A stretch of DNA of 64,000 nt, filler included, from Sanchytrium tribonematis (taxonomy: Eukaryota), in NCBI GenBank assembly GCA_018985235.1. It is 7 parts of 7 records of this genome, joined end to end, with 100 filler letters (N's around TTAATTAATTAA, not from the genome) between each part and the next. Parts side by side here need not be neighbours in the genome. Positions count along the whole stretch, not along the records: positions 9,426 to 18,747 come from JADGIG010000332.1; positions 18,848 to 28,158 come from JADGIG010000333.1; 5 more parts are not named here. One strand, written 5' to 3'. Positions 11,626 to 22,131 of this stretch are shown here, piece by piece (positions within the stretch are counted from its first letter, which is position 1; every line of letters begins with the position of its first letter). A model generated the notes under the pieces. That model ran no database searches. It saw only the letters and a list, made by a program, of their open reading frames with translations, and was not told the origin of the DNA. The position numbers and the translations under genes are program-made.

Positions 11626-12699
11626 TTATTTAAGGTGTAATTGTTCAATCGCGGATTGCACATCAGAGTTCAAATAATCAAAATGACTCATTTCAACAAG
11701 TCTAGAAGAAGCTCTTTTGAACGCAAAAAGTTCCTCTTCTCCAGTGAATAATGGGGATTCAAGGGCATCAAAATCTATCTCTATATCTTGTAATACCGTG
11801 TTATTAACTAATTTAATTTGAGAAGCTTGAAATAAATGTAATGGTTCTTTCTCAGCTAATAAAATGCATGACTTGTGCTTCTCATACAAAGCATCTATTA
11901 ATGTTATAAATCTTCTAGCTTGAGATTTGCTATCCAAATTCATTTCTGGTATATTCTTTATAAAGAAAATATCGAAATATTTGGTCAAATTAAGATAATC
12001 AGAAGCACCCAAATTTGCATTACAAAGCTCATTGAAATCAAATACAGCAACTCTATCCACACATTTAACACTTAATGTCCGCTTCATAAAGGTAATGTTT
12101 TTGACTTGCAACTCTCGCCCTTTTGTTAAAATGTTGACTAATTTTGTAAATGTAGATTCATTCTTTTCATTGCTGACAAGGTAGCCACAATCTAACTTTT
12201 TTTGTTTTCTATAATCAATTTGATTATCTAGCTGATGCACAATGCTATTCTCCATTATAAGGTCAATACATGGCAAAAAAGATTCACGTTGAATCCCATT
12301 TGAATATAATTCAGTAGGGTGTCTATTACTTGTAAAAAATATAAACTTATTTTGATTCCAGACATTTTTAAGGATATTGTAAAGAATCATCGCATCGCTA
12401 ATATCTGTTACTTGAAATTCGTCAAAACAAAGCACTTGAGGCTGCTGCTGAGTGATATATTCCACTAGTTTACCATCCCTATTATGCTTTGAATTTCTCA
12501 GCTCATGCATACGGCCATGAAAGTCTCGCATAAACTCATGAAAATGTAAATACTGTTTATCCATATTACAATTATCATAAAACTCCCTCATCATCATAGT
12601 TTTTCCAGTACCCACCCCACCGTATACATACAGTGATTTTTGATAGTTTAAATTACGGATGATAGTTTGAAGGTGTCGTTGAGCAATATCAAGTTTCAT
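11626..12699 (-). CDS. AFG1: AFG1/ZapE-family ATPase
   Basis: YGGVGTGKT Walker A, HFHEFM, LCFDEFQVTDISDAMIL, TSNRHP, ARRFITLIDALYE, FAFKRASSRLVEM. Confidence 0.96.
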   Translation of the reverse strand: MKLDIAQRHLQTIIRNLNYQKSLYVYGGVGTGKTMMMREFYDNCNMDKQYLHFHEFMRDFHGRMHELRNSKHNRDGKLVEYITQQQPQVLCFDEFQVTDISDAMILYNILKNVWNQNKFIFFTSNRHPTELYSNGIQRESFLPCIDLIMENSIVHQLDNQIDYRKQKKLDCGYLVSNEKNESTFTKLVNILTKGRELQVKNITFMKRTLSVKCVDRVAVFDFNELCNANLGASDYLNLTKYFDIFFIKNIPEMNLDSKSQARRFITLIDALYEKHKSCILLAEKEPLHLFQASQIKLVNNTVLQDIEIDFDALESPLFTGEEELFAFKRASSRLVEMSHFDYLNSDVQSAIEQLHLK

Positions 12700-12949
12700 C
12701 CGTACCAGTAGTGAATAAGTGCTAATGAAAATGTGGGAAATTTTCTTTGATATTTCATCAGCGCCATTTCAGCTATACTTATCCTGCTATACTTAATTTA
12801 GTGGCAAAAAAGACTCCTATGAAACAATTTATTTGCTAATATTGAATACAATAGAAAGAGCCATTTAATCATCCTTGTTTGCAATTAATGGAATATATAG
12901 GTATTATAAAGTTTGATCTTATATTCTAATTTAAAACTGACAATTTTGA

Positions 12950-14563
12950 ATGTTTGACATTAATTATTCAAATGGTAAAATCAAAGAGCTAAAGCCAGAT
13001 AAATTAAAGCTTATGCAGAAAATAAGACACATCATATTCTTCCCAGACACCAAGGAATACAAAAGATGGTCAAATGTTGTAGTTTTTAGTGTATTTTTCA
13101 CAATTATCACTACACCAGTGATGCTTGCTTTTGGCTTGTCAAATATATTAATGGATGGAGTAACTGCGATCATGGACATTATATTTATTCTTGATTTAGT
13201 CATCTCGTTGAGAACGGCTTATTTAGATAAAACAGGCAAATGGGTTGTTGGTATTTTCGATATTCGACATCATCAATTGACAGATACTGCTTTTTGGATG
13301 GATTTTATAGGAAGCATACCATTTGCTTGGTTTGCTGTATTTGCACCTCCACAATGGCAAGCTTTTTTTAGATTAAACAGACTGACTCGAATATTTAAAA
13401 TTTATTTGTACTTTAATAAAAGAGAGCAAGAACTAAGTGCAGGATTTACAATCAAGCTGGTCAAATTTGCTGTGTTTGTGGGTTTATTTATATTGTATTC
13501 CAGTTGTATTTGGTATATGATGGGTTGTTGGGGCACTTTATGTGAAAAATATGAGGATTTGGATGGTAATTGGACCATTACAGTGGGTCCTAAGTTATTT
13601 CATGAGTATGGCAAACTAGAGCAGTTTATGGTCTGCTTTTACTTTGTGACATATTCAATTGGTACAGTTGGTTTTGGTGATATTTATCCAATGGTGGCTA
13701 CGGAAAGAATATTTTGTTGTGTTTTAATGATGCTTGGTAATCTAGTAGTGGGATATACTACAGCCATTGTGACATCAGACTTGGCCAACGCGAAGCAGAG
13801 ATTTATTGCAATCCATGAAAGATTTTTGTCTCTCATGAATTATTTGCTGGATGGCAAGGTATCCAACTCAATCATTTTCAAGTGCATTGAATTTTACAAT
13901 GAATATTGGAGAAGAAACCGAGGAATTGATTTTGATACTTTGCTAAACGAACTACCGCATGCATACAGGACAGATATACTATTTTGTGCCAATGTGGATG
14001 CTTTGAAGAAAGTGAGCATCTTCGAGGGATTTTCCAACACCTTTTACCGGGCAATTGCCAGTAGAATGAAGCCAAAATTCTTTTTACCTGGTGATATCAT
14101 TTTTTATCAGGGTGACATTGGACACGAAATGTATACAATTGTGCATGGTGAAGTAGAAGTTTGTAATGGAGATTGTAGTAAAGTATTTGATACCATGGGG
14201 CCTGGAAAAGGATTCGGAGAGATAGCTCTGATTGTTGATACGAATCGAACGGCATCTATTCGCGCTAAGTCATATGTGGATGTTTACTATTTGAAAGATG
14301 AGGATTTGACTCATACGATGCAATTTTTTCCTGAACTCATTCCAAGACTAGAACAGGTTGCTGAAGAACGGCTTGCTAAAATTCGCGAAAGGGATAATAC
14401 CACAAAATTTTCTAAACGAAATTTAAAATCAGGCACATCGACGAACGCCAATTCAGGTGCACCCACTCCTTTTTATACTCCATTGCAGAGTGCAAAGCAA
14501 TCAAAAGAAAATTTGGTACAGCTTCAATTTCTTAAGATTGACAAAAAAGAAAGACAAGAATAA
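12950..14563 (+). CDS. Cyclic-nucleotide-gated K+ channel (6TM + CNBD)
   Basis: S4 RLNRLTRIFK, pore TVGFGDI, C-linker, CNBD with FGEIAL..RTASIRA. Confidence 0.93.
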   Translation: MFDINYSNGKIKELKPDKLKLMQKIRHIIFFPDTKEYKRWSNVVVFSVFFTIITTPVMLAFGLSNILMDGVTAIMDIIFILDLVISLRTAYLDKTGKWVVGIFDIRHHQLTDTAFWMDFIGSIPFAWFAVFAPPQWQAFFRLNRLTRIFKIYLYFNKREQELSAGFTIKLVKFAVFVGLFILYSSCIWYMMGCWGTLCEKYEDLDGNWTITVGPKLFHEYGKLEQFMVCFYFVTYSIGTVGFGDIYPMVATERIFCCVLMMLGNLVVGYTTAIVTSDLANAKQRFIAIHERFLSLMNYLLDGKVSNSIIFKCIEFYNEYWRRNRGIDFDTLLNELPHAYRTDILFCANVDALKKVSIFEGFSNTFYRAIASRMKPKFFLPGDIIFYQGDIGHEMYTIVHGEVEVCNGDCSKVFDTMGPGKGFGEIALIVDTNRTASIRAKSYVDVYYLKDEDLTHTMQFFPELIPRLEQVAEERLAKIRERDNTTKFSKRNLKSGTSTNANSGAPTPFYTPLQSAKQSKENLVQLQFLKIDKKERQE

Positions 14564-14709
14564 ACATTTACTAAAATCATTATAAAAGATTTATTGTTTT
14601 GCACATTAAAGCTGCAACATTAGCATAGGTTGAAATTAATTAACGATAACTAAGGCTACTTTAAGGCGAAGCGATTTTAAAATAAATCCCCTCTGTAACA
14701 CCTTAGGGA

Positions 14710-15204
14710 ATGCATGTTTACATTCTCCGATGCGAATCGAGTAAATATTATGTAGGTATTTCAAAAAATGTACATGCAAGAATTCAACAGCATTTTGATG
14801 GAAATGGCTCTTATTTTACCGGAAAGTATCTTCCTACAGAAATCATGGAAATTATCGAAGTTGATGATCCCTTTGATGAGGACAAATTTGTGAAGAAATA
14901 CATGTTGCAATATGGAATAGAAAATGTACGAGGTGGCGCATATTGCAAAATGACACTCTCAAGAAGTGAAGTAGAAGCTATCAAGCAAGAATTGAATCAT
15001 ATTCAGGGAAGATGTTATAAATGTGGAGAAACTGGACACTTCAGAAATACCTGCAAATATATTGATGATCGTAACGAGGATGCCAAAACTGGAGATGATT
15101 TTGCCAGCACATCGTTTCTGAGAAATCCAGAGTCAAAGAAAAGCAGCTTGGTAGAGATCATTATCATATGCTTCGTTATATTTATCATTGGACATTCACA
15201 ATGA
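14710..15204 (+). CDS. GIY-YIG nuclease-fold protein with CCHC zinc knuckle and C-terminal hydrophobic tail
   Basis: VYILRC...KYYVGIS....RIQQH; YGIENVRGG; CYKCGETGHFRNTC; IIIICFVIFII tail. Confidence 0.88.
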   Translation: MHVYILRCESSKYYVGISKNVHARIQQHFDGNGSYFTGKYLPTEIMEIIEVDDPFDEDKFVKKYMLQYGIENVRGGAYCKMTLSRSEVEAIKQELNHIQGRCYKCGETGHFRNTCKYIDDRNEDAKTGDDFASTSFLRNPESKKSSLVEIIIICFVIFIIGHSQ

Positions 15205-15861
15205 TTCGTTGATTATTCGCAACCATTCCTAAAAGAATGAAGGAGTTGTTTTATATCATAAATTGCCAAAATAGTAAATCAAAACATTTTATTTCAAAAC
15301 TCCTTACTCATAAACCAGGATATATGTCTTAAAATCTTATTCTCTACGAGCTGTTCAGAGTCGTATTCAGGATTACTACCACTGGTGTGAGAGTCGGTGG
15401 AACTACACAAAACATGAGCTCGCTTATAAGAAATTGAGTTATCTTGCAAAATATTATTACCGGTTGATTTGCCTTTATACCGTCTGTGCTGAGTTCCATC
15501 AGCTCTTATTGCTAATCTCGTCTTCTCCTGATTTGGTATAGTTTGGTTTGGCCTCATTTTTTCAAGCTGGTGTTTGCCTGTTTTATAAGGGGAAGAAGTC
15601 CGGTGAAGGTGTGAAACGTAAAAGCTAACTCTGACCAATTAACCCCAGTCATATGGCAACTTTTCATTTTCTTCTGTTGTTCAAGCATATATTGGACACT
15701 TTCAGGGTCTATATTTTCAGAGTAAAACTTTTTAGGAAGACTTCACTGAAACTTGGGACGTCCAATCGGCTGTCTTATCTGACACAAGGACCCGTCAATT
15801 GGTTCTGAATGGCACACATCTCTCATATATTTAGTGTCCCTCTGAAACAGATTAGTACTTT

Positions 15862-16125
15862 ATGAGTTTTGCACTAATCGCAATAGTATTTGCTGCTATA
15901 TTCGTCGGTGTTGGTTGTTTGAGGAATGCGAGAAGAAGGCGATATAGGTACGCAAGGGAGAACCATTATGAGAGAAGTTCGTGGTACAACTCACCAGAGG
16001 CGACCTATAATCAATACCGTCCTAATGACATGGTAGAGCACGATGATCCTTTGCCGCTTTATGAGGACGTGGTTAAGAAAGACAACTTTGCTCGAAATCA
16101 AAGATACTCTCATGCGGTCTACTAA
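15862..16125 (+). CDS. Small single-pass membrane protein, 87 aa
   Basis: N-terminal TM followed by basic RRRRYR; LPLYED (PY-like) motif; AATAAA about 25 nt after the stop. Confidence 0.6.
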   Translation: MSFALIAIVFAAIFVGVGCLRNARRRRYRYARENHYERSSWYNSPEATYNQYRPNDMVEHDDPLPLYEDVVKKDNFARNQRYSHAVY

Positions 16126-16258
16126 ATTTATGCCAGATTGACTTCTTACTAATAAAACTATTTTATGCATCGTCTTTTAAGTTCAATTCATGAATTTCAG
16201 CAAATTGCACGTGTTTACATGTTTCACTTTTTAAATTGAAAGATCATTTTTATGTAAA

Positions 16259-16849
16259 ATGGATCCTCTGAGATCACCATTTCAACCCAGAATAGAATCT
16301 CCGGTGTTGACTTATATTCAAAAAGACTACGAAGAAGAGTTTAAACTCCCTCAAGCCTTGCTAGATACGCCACCTTGCTACGAGTATACCACAGTTAAGC
16401 CAGTCGAAAAGAAAAAAAGAGATCCCTATTCTCTTGTGATCAGCAAGCTGGTATATATGATGCTTCAACATTTAAATCAGCAAACTACCCTAGGATTGAC
16501 GACTTATGATGATCTTCAAAATTTGTTTATTCAAAGAAATTCATTGATCCCATTAATGACAAGGCAATTTTGTACTTTTCAGAATTTCACACTAGCTTTG
16601 GAGCATGTTCGTCATTATGAGGATTTATCAGATTTATTGGATGTTAATGGTTTGAATGCAATTAAGGCAATGGAACTGAATCATGTTTTTATTGCGTACT
16701 TAAGAGATGACCAATTCATTTTGAGAAAATTTTACACGCATGTAGATTTGAGTCGCAAAAAAGAAAAGCAACAGCATATTCAAGATTTACAACATGTCTC
16801 GAAGGTATGGAACAATCTATCTAAAAGACGAAAGCACGGAACAAAGTAA
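16259..16849 (+). CDS. Hypothetical protein, 196 aa
   Basis: ATG-initiated ORF, no family recognised. Confidence 0.6.
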   Translation: MDPLRSPFQPRIESPVLTYIQKDYEEEFKLPQALLDTPPCYEYTTVKPVEKKKRDPYSLVISKLVYMMLQHLNQQTTLGLTTYDDLQNLFIQRNSLIPLMTRQFCTFQNFTLALEHVRHYEDLSDLLDVNGLNAIKAMELNHVFIAYLRDDQFILRKFYTHVDLSRKKEKQQHIQDLQHVSKVWNNLSKRRKHGTK

Positions 16850-17303
16850 ATTTTCTTTAATACGAGATTTTAAGTTTGATAATTGATGAATTCTCATTAT
16901 TAAACACAACTAAAAACATCCGATTTGAATTATCCAATATATCAAAAACAGTTTGACTTAATTGCAATCCTCGAAAAGTCCGGAAAGTTCATAATGAACA
17001 AATCCAGATCCAAATTGCTGTTCTCTTTCAATCAATAATTCGTTTTGTAAGCTTGGTTTGTAATTTCCAGATCCAGCAATAATCCATTGCATATTTGAAA
17101 ATGTAGATGTTATCTCCGAGGGCCAGAAATTTTTTGATTTATCAATAATTATGAACTTTTATCAATTTCAAAAGGACACAATTAAGCAATTAACCGTAGG
17201 ACTTGGATAAAACCAAGTGAAGTATATGGTTATTGAAACAAAAAGCCAAAGGAGAAATTTTCACGTGTTATGTCCACTGAAATCTCCCGTGTCAAATCAA
17301 ACA

Positions 17304-17771
17304 ATGGCTACAGAAGTTGCTCAACCTGAAGTTGAATCTGCACCAGCACCAATTGTACAGAGTACAGGACCTAGAGTTAAGGAAGGTGAATTCGTATTCG
17401 GAGTTGCCCACATTTACGCCTCTTTTAATGATACATTTATTCACATAACCGATTTAAGTGGAGCAGAAACTATTGCCAGAGTAACTGGTGGTATGAAAGT
17501 TAAAGCAGATCGTGATGAATCATCTCCATATGCCGCTATGTTGGCTTCTCAAGATGTTGCTGTCCTTTGCAAAGAAAGGGGAATTAATGCATTGCATATC
17601 AAAGTAAGAGCTACTGGAGGTAATAGACCTAAATCCCCAGGACCTGGTGCTCAAAGTGCATTGAGAGCTCTTGCTCGTGCTGGATTAAGAATTGGCCGTA
17701 TAGAAGACGTTACTCCAATTCCTACTGACTCTACCAGAAAGAAGTCTGGAAGACGTGGTAGAAGATTGTAA
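17304..17771 (+). CDS. RPS14: 40S ribosomal protein S14 (uS11), intronless
   Basis: [59 protein letters not shown]. Confidence 0.99.
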   Translation: MATEVAQPEVESAPAPIVQSTGPRVKEGEFVFGVAHIYASFNDTFIHITDLSGAETIARVTGGMKVKADRDESSPYAAMLASQDVAVLCKERGINALHIKVRATGGNRPKSPGPGAQSALRALARAGLRIGRIEDVTPIPTDSTRKKSGRRGRRL

Positions 17772-17904
17772 TAAAAGCATCTTTCAAGACATTTGACTTT
17801 ACGTTTCAATTCCGTTTCAATCATTAAGTATCATGGGACCAATTACGGGTATGCACGATTAGGTACTTTTAAATCAGCCGCTGTTGTTACCCGTTATATA
17901 GCCC

Positions 17905-18511
17905 ATGGTCCTCGTAAATCTTGAAGCAATGAATAAACTGAGTATTGAAAATGTTAGTTATTATGAAAATGGTTGCCCAGCCTTGACATTTAATGAATTA
18001 ATCGCATACTCTATGATTGAAATGCCAGACATGAAAACAACTATTTCACAAATATATGAATGGATATACTCTGTATTTCCTTATTATAGGCTAATTGACA
18101 AAAAGGTATTAGAGTTTTATTTAGTGGAAAGCAAACATTCGTCAAAATTTACAGACACAAAAGTATTTTAAAAGAACAACAAAGAAAGGCAACCTTTGGA
18201 CGTTGGATTTAAGTCAGAAGGATGCAATATGTCGACTGTTGAAGCCAAAACCAAGCTTGTCAATTAATACAAATGTAAATAATCTTGAAAATTTACTCCA
18301 CGAGCCAATATCACCACTAACAGTCTTGATGACTAGTTCTCAGTATCCTCAAATGCAAGAAAATTCTCCACTCACTCCATCCTTACTATACCCCATCAAC
18401 ATTTGTCCTAATTATACCAAAAATGTTTATTTACCAACAAGGTCAATCAGTCCTGATTTGTGTGAGGCTAACCCATTTAATACCGATTCGATACTATTCT
18501 GGGAGCCTTGA
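17905..18511 (+). CDS. Forkhead transcription factor, 2 exons (17905-18105, 18125-18511), 195 aa
   Basis: P.LTFNELIA..., QIYEWI..VFPYY, then after the intron WKANIRQNL..QKYF..KGNLWTLD. Confidence 0.9.
18106..18124 (+). other. 19-nt spliceosomal intron (phase 0) GTATTAGAGTTTTATTTAG
   Basis: Removal restores forkhead helix 3 (IDKK-WKANIRQNL). Confidence 0.92.
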
Positions 18512-18747
18512 TGGCTCAATTAATAAATGCAACGTCATATTATTAATCTTGAAAACTTGTAATTTTTAAATTTGAAGAGAAATCTTCAGTGATGCATCAC
18601 TTAGTGCATCGCTAAGCCAGTCCAATTAGGAGCGTCTTGCACTTGGTAGTAATCGACAGGATATGATTTTTGCGTATAAGAACTTAATTTATTTTCCACA
18701 ATTAGTTTGCAATTGGGATAGGATTTCGTTATAGCGACTTTTTGTCA

Positions 18748-18847
18748 NNNNNNNNNNNNNNNNNNNNNNNNNNNNNNNNNNNNNNNNNNNNTTAATTAAT
18801 TAANNNNNNNNNNNNNNNNNNNNNNNNNNNNNNNNNNNNNNNNNNNN
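18748..18847. other. Artificial contig linker
   Basis: 44 N + TTAATTAATTAA + 44 N. Confidence 0.99.
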
Positions 18848-19297
18848 TCGCATCATACTTGATTAATGGTACGACCGTATAGATGGTCATTGCTGAGATA
18901 TAAAATAATGCCATATTCATCAATGACTTGGATAGAATGCCAATCGTAAGATGGACCAAATTGAAATGCCATAAAACGAGGAGATGATTTTCAAATTTGT
19001 AAATGGCAGCTTACTCTGGGGTCATAATTGCATTGGATAATTTAAATTGTATGTGAAAAGCAATATAAATTCGTTCAATCCACATTTGATTTAAATAAAT
19101 GCAGCAAATATGATACATGGCAAAAGAAACTGTCTTTCTTTGACTATACTAGCTTGAAACTACGGCAACAGTCAACTGTATGAAAAATTCTCTTCTCAAA
19201 TGGAGTCTTGAAAATTTAACAACTCATAACTTGCAGCCAATTAAAGCAATCTAAAAAATTTTTGATCCTCCATAAACAGAACAGGTTTCCATCATCT

Positions 19298-20182
19298 ATG
19301 ATCTACTCACAAATACTTTCAGATGATATCGAGGATAGCGCAATCAAAGGGAATCCTTCAAAGCCTAAAACATCAAGGAAGTATCTAATTATTTTCATAC
19401 TGTTGATTATTTCCATATTTGGCTTCCAAACAATATGTCTTTCTCCACCTTCTAAACCCAGTTACAATATGATTATAGCCGTCGCGACATCTATTCAAGA
19501 TTATCAACGACGCATGGCAGTCAGAAGCACGTGGAAAAAGAATGTTCCAAAAGACTCCATTTTGATTTTCTTTATGGGTCAATCCAATTTCACTCAGCAG
19601 GAAATGCAACAAGCACAAACGGAAATGAAGAATTATCAAGATATCGTCTTATTAGATATGGTAGATACATATAGAAATCTGACCGTCAAAATGACTAAAG
19701 TTTACGAATATGTTGCAGATCATTTTACCGCAAATTGGCTGTTTAAAACAGACACAGACGTTTGGATTAATGTAGACAGATTGATGGAATTACATGGGAA
19801 TTATCAACCCAGAACTGTCATAAGCAAATTAGCAGAAAATTATGAGGTTTTAAAATCTGGGATTTTTAGCAATTTAATTTATGCAAATTCAAGATATCCT
19901 ACATTTCCAAGTGGGTGTGGATATGGTGTATCCTTTGATATTGTGCAATATCTAGCACAACAATCCAAATTAAAATGGCTTAAAATTATGCCAAATGAAG
20001 ATGCGACTTTGGGTATTTGGTTATCTGGATTAGATACCAAATTAATCAATACAAATGACATTGATCGAGACAATCTTAAATGCCAAAATAATTATTTATT
20101 GGTGCATCGCATTAAGCCATACACGATTTATGAGAAACAGGCCAATTTTGAAACTTGTGGAGATCACTGTGGATGCCAATAA
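19298..20182 (+). CDS. GT31 beta-1,3-galactosyltransferase-like type II membrane protein
   Basis: TM anchor; RRMAVRSTW, DTYRNLTVK, KTDTDVW, YPTFPSGCGY, EDATLGIW. Confidence 0.92.
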   Translation: MIYSQILSDDIEDSAIKGNPSKPKTSRKYLIIFILLIISIFGFQTICLSPPSKPSYNMIIAVATSIQDYQRRMAVRSTWKKNVPKDSILIFFMGQSNFTQQEMQQAQTEMKNYQDIVLLDMVDTYRNLTVKMTKVYEYVADHFTANWLFKTDTDVWINVDRLMELHGNYQPRTVISKLAENYEVLKSGIFSNLIYANSRYPTFPSGCGYGVSFDIVQYLAQQSKLKWLKIMPNEDATLGIWLSGLDTKLINTNDIDRDNLKCQNNYLLVHRIKPYTIYEKQANFETCGDHCGCQ

Positions 20183-20276
20183 ATTATTCTATCGCCAAAA
20201 ATTTTGAATCACCAATTGAATCAGTTCAACTTGTGGTTTACTTATTTATTATAGGGACTCAGCTTGTAATTAATTT

Positions 20277-21449
20277 CTAATTAATTGGCATATTTTTGTC
20301 TCCAAAATCAGATTTCCATAATTTCAATTCATTGACAAGTTTTTTATATCTTGTTGCCTGGGACTGCAATTGTCTTTTTAGTAAATCAATCTCATTTGCT
20401 GAATTATCATCAACAAGTTCATTGAATACAAATTTTAATTGAGGAAAATTGGACAAATCTTCAGGTGATTCCATCAAAGAAAACATCTTTTTCAAATATT
20501 TGAAATTTGAATTCTTATTATTGGCTTTTGAAATGCATGCTGCATCTGATTTTGAATCTTGTTTCCCATTTGGTGAAAATAAACTTGAATCTTGTAGACG
20601 ATATGCGGTAATATTTTCCTTTGTAGTCACAAATAACATTGGATCAAAGTCATCATCACTAAATCCTTTTGTATAATGTAATGTAAAATGTGTACAATCC
20701 AACTCAATTGTACCCAAATGAAGCAAATTCAAATCCAAGTGAGTTTTTTGATATACATGAAGTAATTCATGTTCTCCCGATGATCTGAGAACTACCAAAT
20801 CATCTAAATGATATACTTGACTAATTTCAATTCCTTCACAAATCACTTCCAAGTGTTCTTGTTTCAAAATAGGGATTAATTTCACATGGCAAAATACAGT
20901 GCAATTTTGACTTCCATTTTTTACAATGAAAATTAAAAATGGGTAGCAAGTAAACATTTTTTCAATTCCACTTATTCTCATAAAAGATGACAAATTTTTA
21001 GAATGATAATCGTAAATCATCAATAAATGGACTGTGGTTTCGTAACAGTAATAATGGTTTTTATCAACTGCTAATACATTTGTGTATGTATCAAATTGAG
21101 TCAATAAAGGTGTAATTGGTGGAAAATGACCATCAAAATCAACTAGTTCATTTAAAATGGTTGTGATTTTTTTGGTATTTTCTGTCATTGGGGTTAAATT
21201 AATGGTAAATAGCCCATTATTTTGCAGGATATATAAAATATCATAACTTTTATCGTAATAATACTGATCACACTCCGTCAATAAAATTGAATCGTATAAA
21301 TGAACGTCAACTGAGTCCGAGAAAATACTTTTAAATTTAGATAGACAAATGGCGTACAATTGTTGATTTCCCATGCAAAGTAGCATATTGTGCTTGTCAA
21401 TAAATGTCATTGACTCACAATTGAAAGAAATAGATTTTAATTTTTGCAT
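20277..21449 (-). CDS. Hypothetical protein, 390 aa (beta-rich, C-terminal coiled coil)
   Basis: ATG-initiated long ORF; no family recognised. Confidence 0.6.
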   Translation of the reverse strand: MQKLKSISFNCESMTFIDKHNMLLCMGNQQLYAICLSKFKSIFSDSVDVHLYDSILLTECDQYYYDKSYDILYILQNNGLFTINLTPMTENTKKITTILNELVDFDGHFPPITPLLTQFDTYTNVLAVDKNHYYCYETTVHLLMIYDYHSKNLSSFMRISGIEKMFTCYPFLIFIVKNGSQNCTVFCHVKLIPILKQEHLEVICEGIEISQVYHLDDLVVLRSSGEHELLHVYQKTHLDLNLLHLGTIELDCTHFTLHYTKGFSDDDFDPMLFVTTKENITAYRLQDSSLFSPNGKQDSKSDAACISKANNKNSNFKYLKKMFSLMESPEDLSNFPQLKFVFNELVDDNSANEIDLLKRQLQSQATRYKKLVNELKLWKSDFGDKNMPIN

Positions 21450-21494
21450 CGATAGGACGATTTAATTTGTTTCACAAATTGGGTTTTAAAATAT

Positions 21495-22100
21495 TTATTG
21501 ATTGGTTTCATGACGCACAATTTTGTCTACAATAGATTGAATGGCGATGGTATGAGTTTGCAACTCTAATTCTAATCTTTTTAACATTTTGATTCTATCA
21601 GGATCTCTTGGAATCTTGGAAATATCCATTTCTGGATTTTTATAATTTAAAATATCAAATTGATCAACCAACAACTTCCGTTTGACAATTATTTCAACGC
21701 ATATGAATTTCTGTTTTAATACTGGCTCTGTGGTATCTGATTCAAATGTCAAATTGGTCTCACTGCTGAGTAATTCAGAATCAATAGATTCACTTTCTAC
21801 ATCAGACTCAATGACTCGTCCACTTCTTAACCGAATAGGCTGAATTTGTTTCTTAGCTAGTGCTCTAGTCCTGGTAGTTCCCAAAATATCATAAATCTCA
21901 TTTAAATCTATCTCTGCCTCGCTGGAATAGCTCGGCTGTGAAAATTCTGAAGAATGAAAGGACTCTGTCTCACTTTCTGACCGCAAGTGAATTCTTGGTT
22001 TTTTTCCAGTTCTTAAATTAATGACACCCGGATTATCTATCCGTTTAGATGGAAGTGTTATTTTTGATTGACTTCTCAAATTCTCTCGCGTCCCAAACAT
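21495..22100 (-). CDS. Hypothetical protein, 201 aa, with repeated LR[S/T] motifs and acidic tracts
   Basis: NLRSQ, NLRTGKK, HLRSES, RLRSGR; stop within AATAAA. Confidence 0.65.
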   Translation of the reverse strand: MFGTRENLRSQSKITLPSKRIDNPGVINLRTGKKPRIHLRSESETESFHSSEFSQPSYSSEAEIDLNEIYDILGTTRTRALAKKQIQPIRLRSGRVIESDVESESIDSELLSSETNLTFESDTTEPVLKQKFICVEIIVKRKLLVDQFDILNYKNPEMDISKIPRDPDRIKMLKRLELELQTHTIAIQSIVDKIVRHETNQ

Positions 22101-22131
22101 GTTTCAATTTTAAAATAGTCCATTTATTTCT

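Noticed and set aside
15294..15638. 114-aa minus-strand ORF
   Set aside because: TTG start, no recognisable motifs; not supportable as a gene
17883..17901. 19-nt GTTGTTACCCGTTATATAG just before the forkhead ATG as a 5' UTR intron
   Set aside because: GTT donor and G11 deviate from the consensus, and there is no reading-frame evidence; unresolved without cDNA
18588..18613. Hairpin AGTGATGCA-N8-TGCATCGCT as an ncRNA
   Set aside because: Single short stem with no tRNA, snRNA or snoRNA hallmarks
18848..19100. Hydrophobic minus-strand frame with one internal TAA at a contig end
   Set aside because: Possibly a pseudogene fragment, but no family recognised and truncated by the linker
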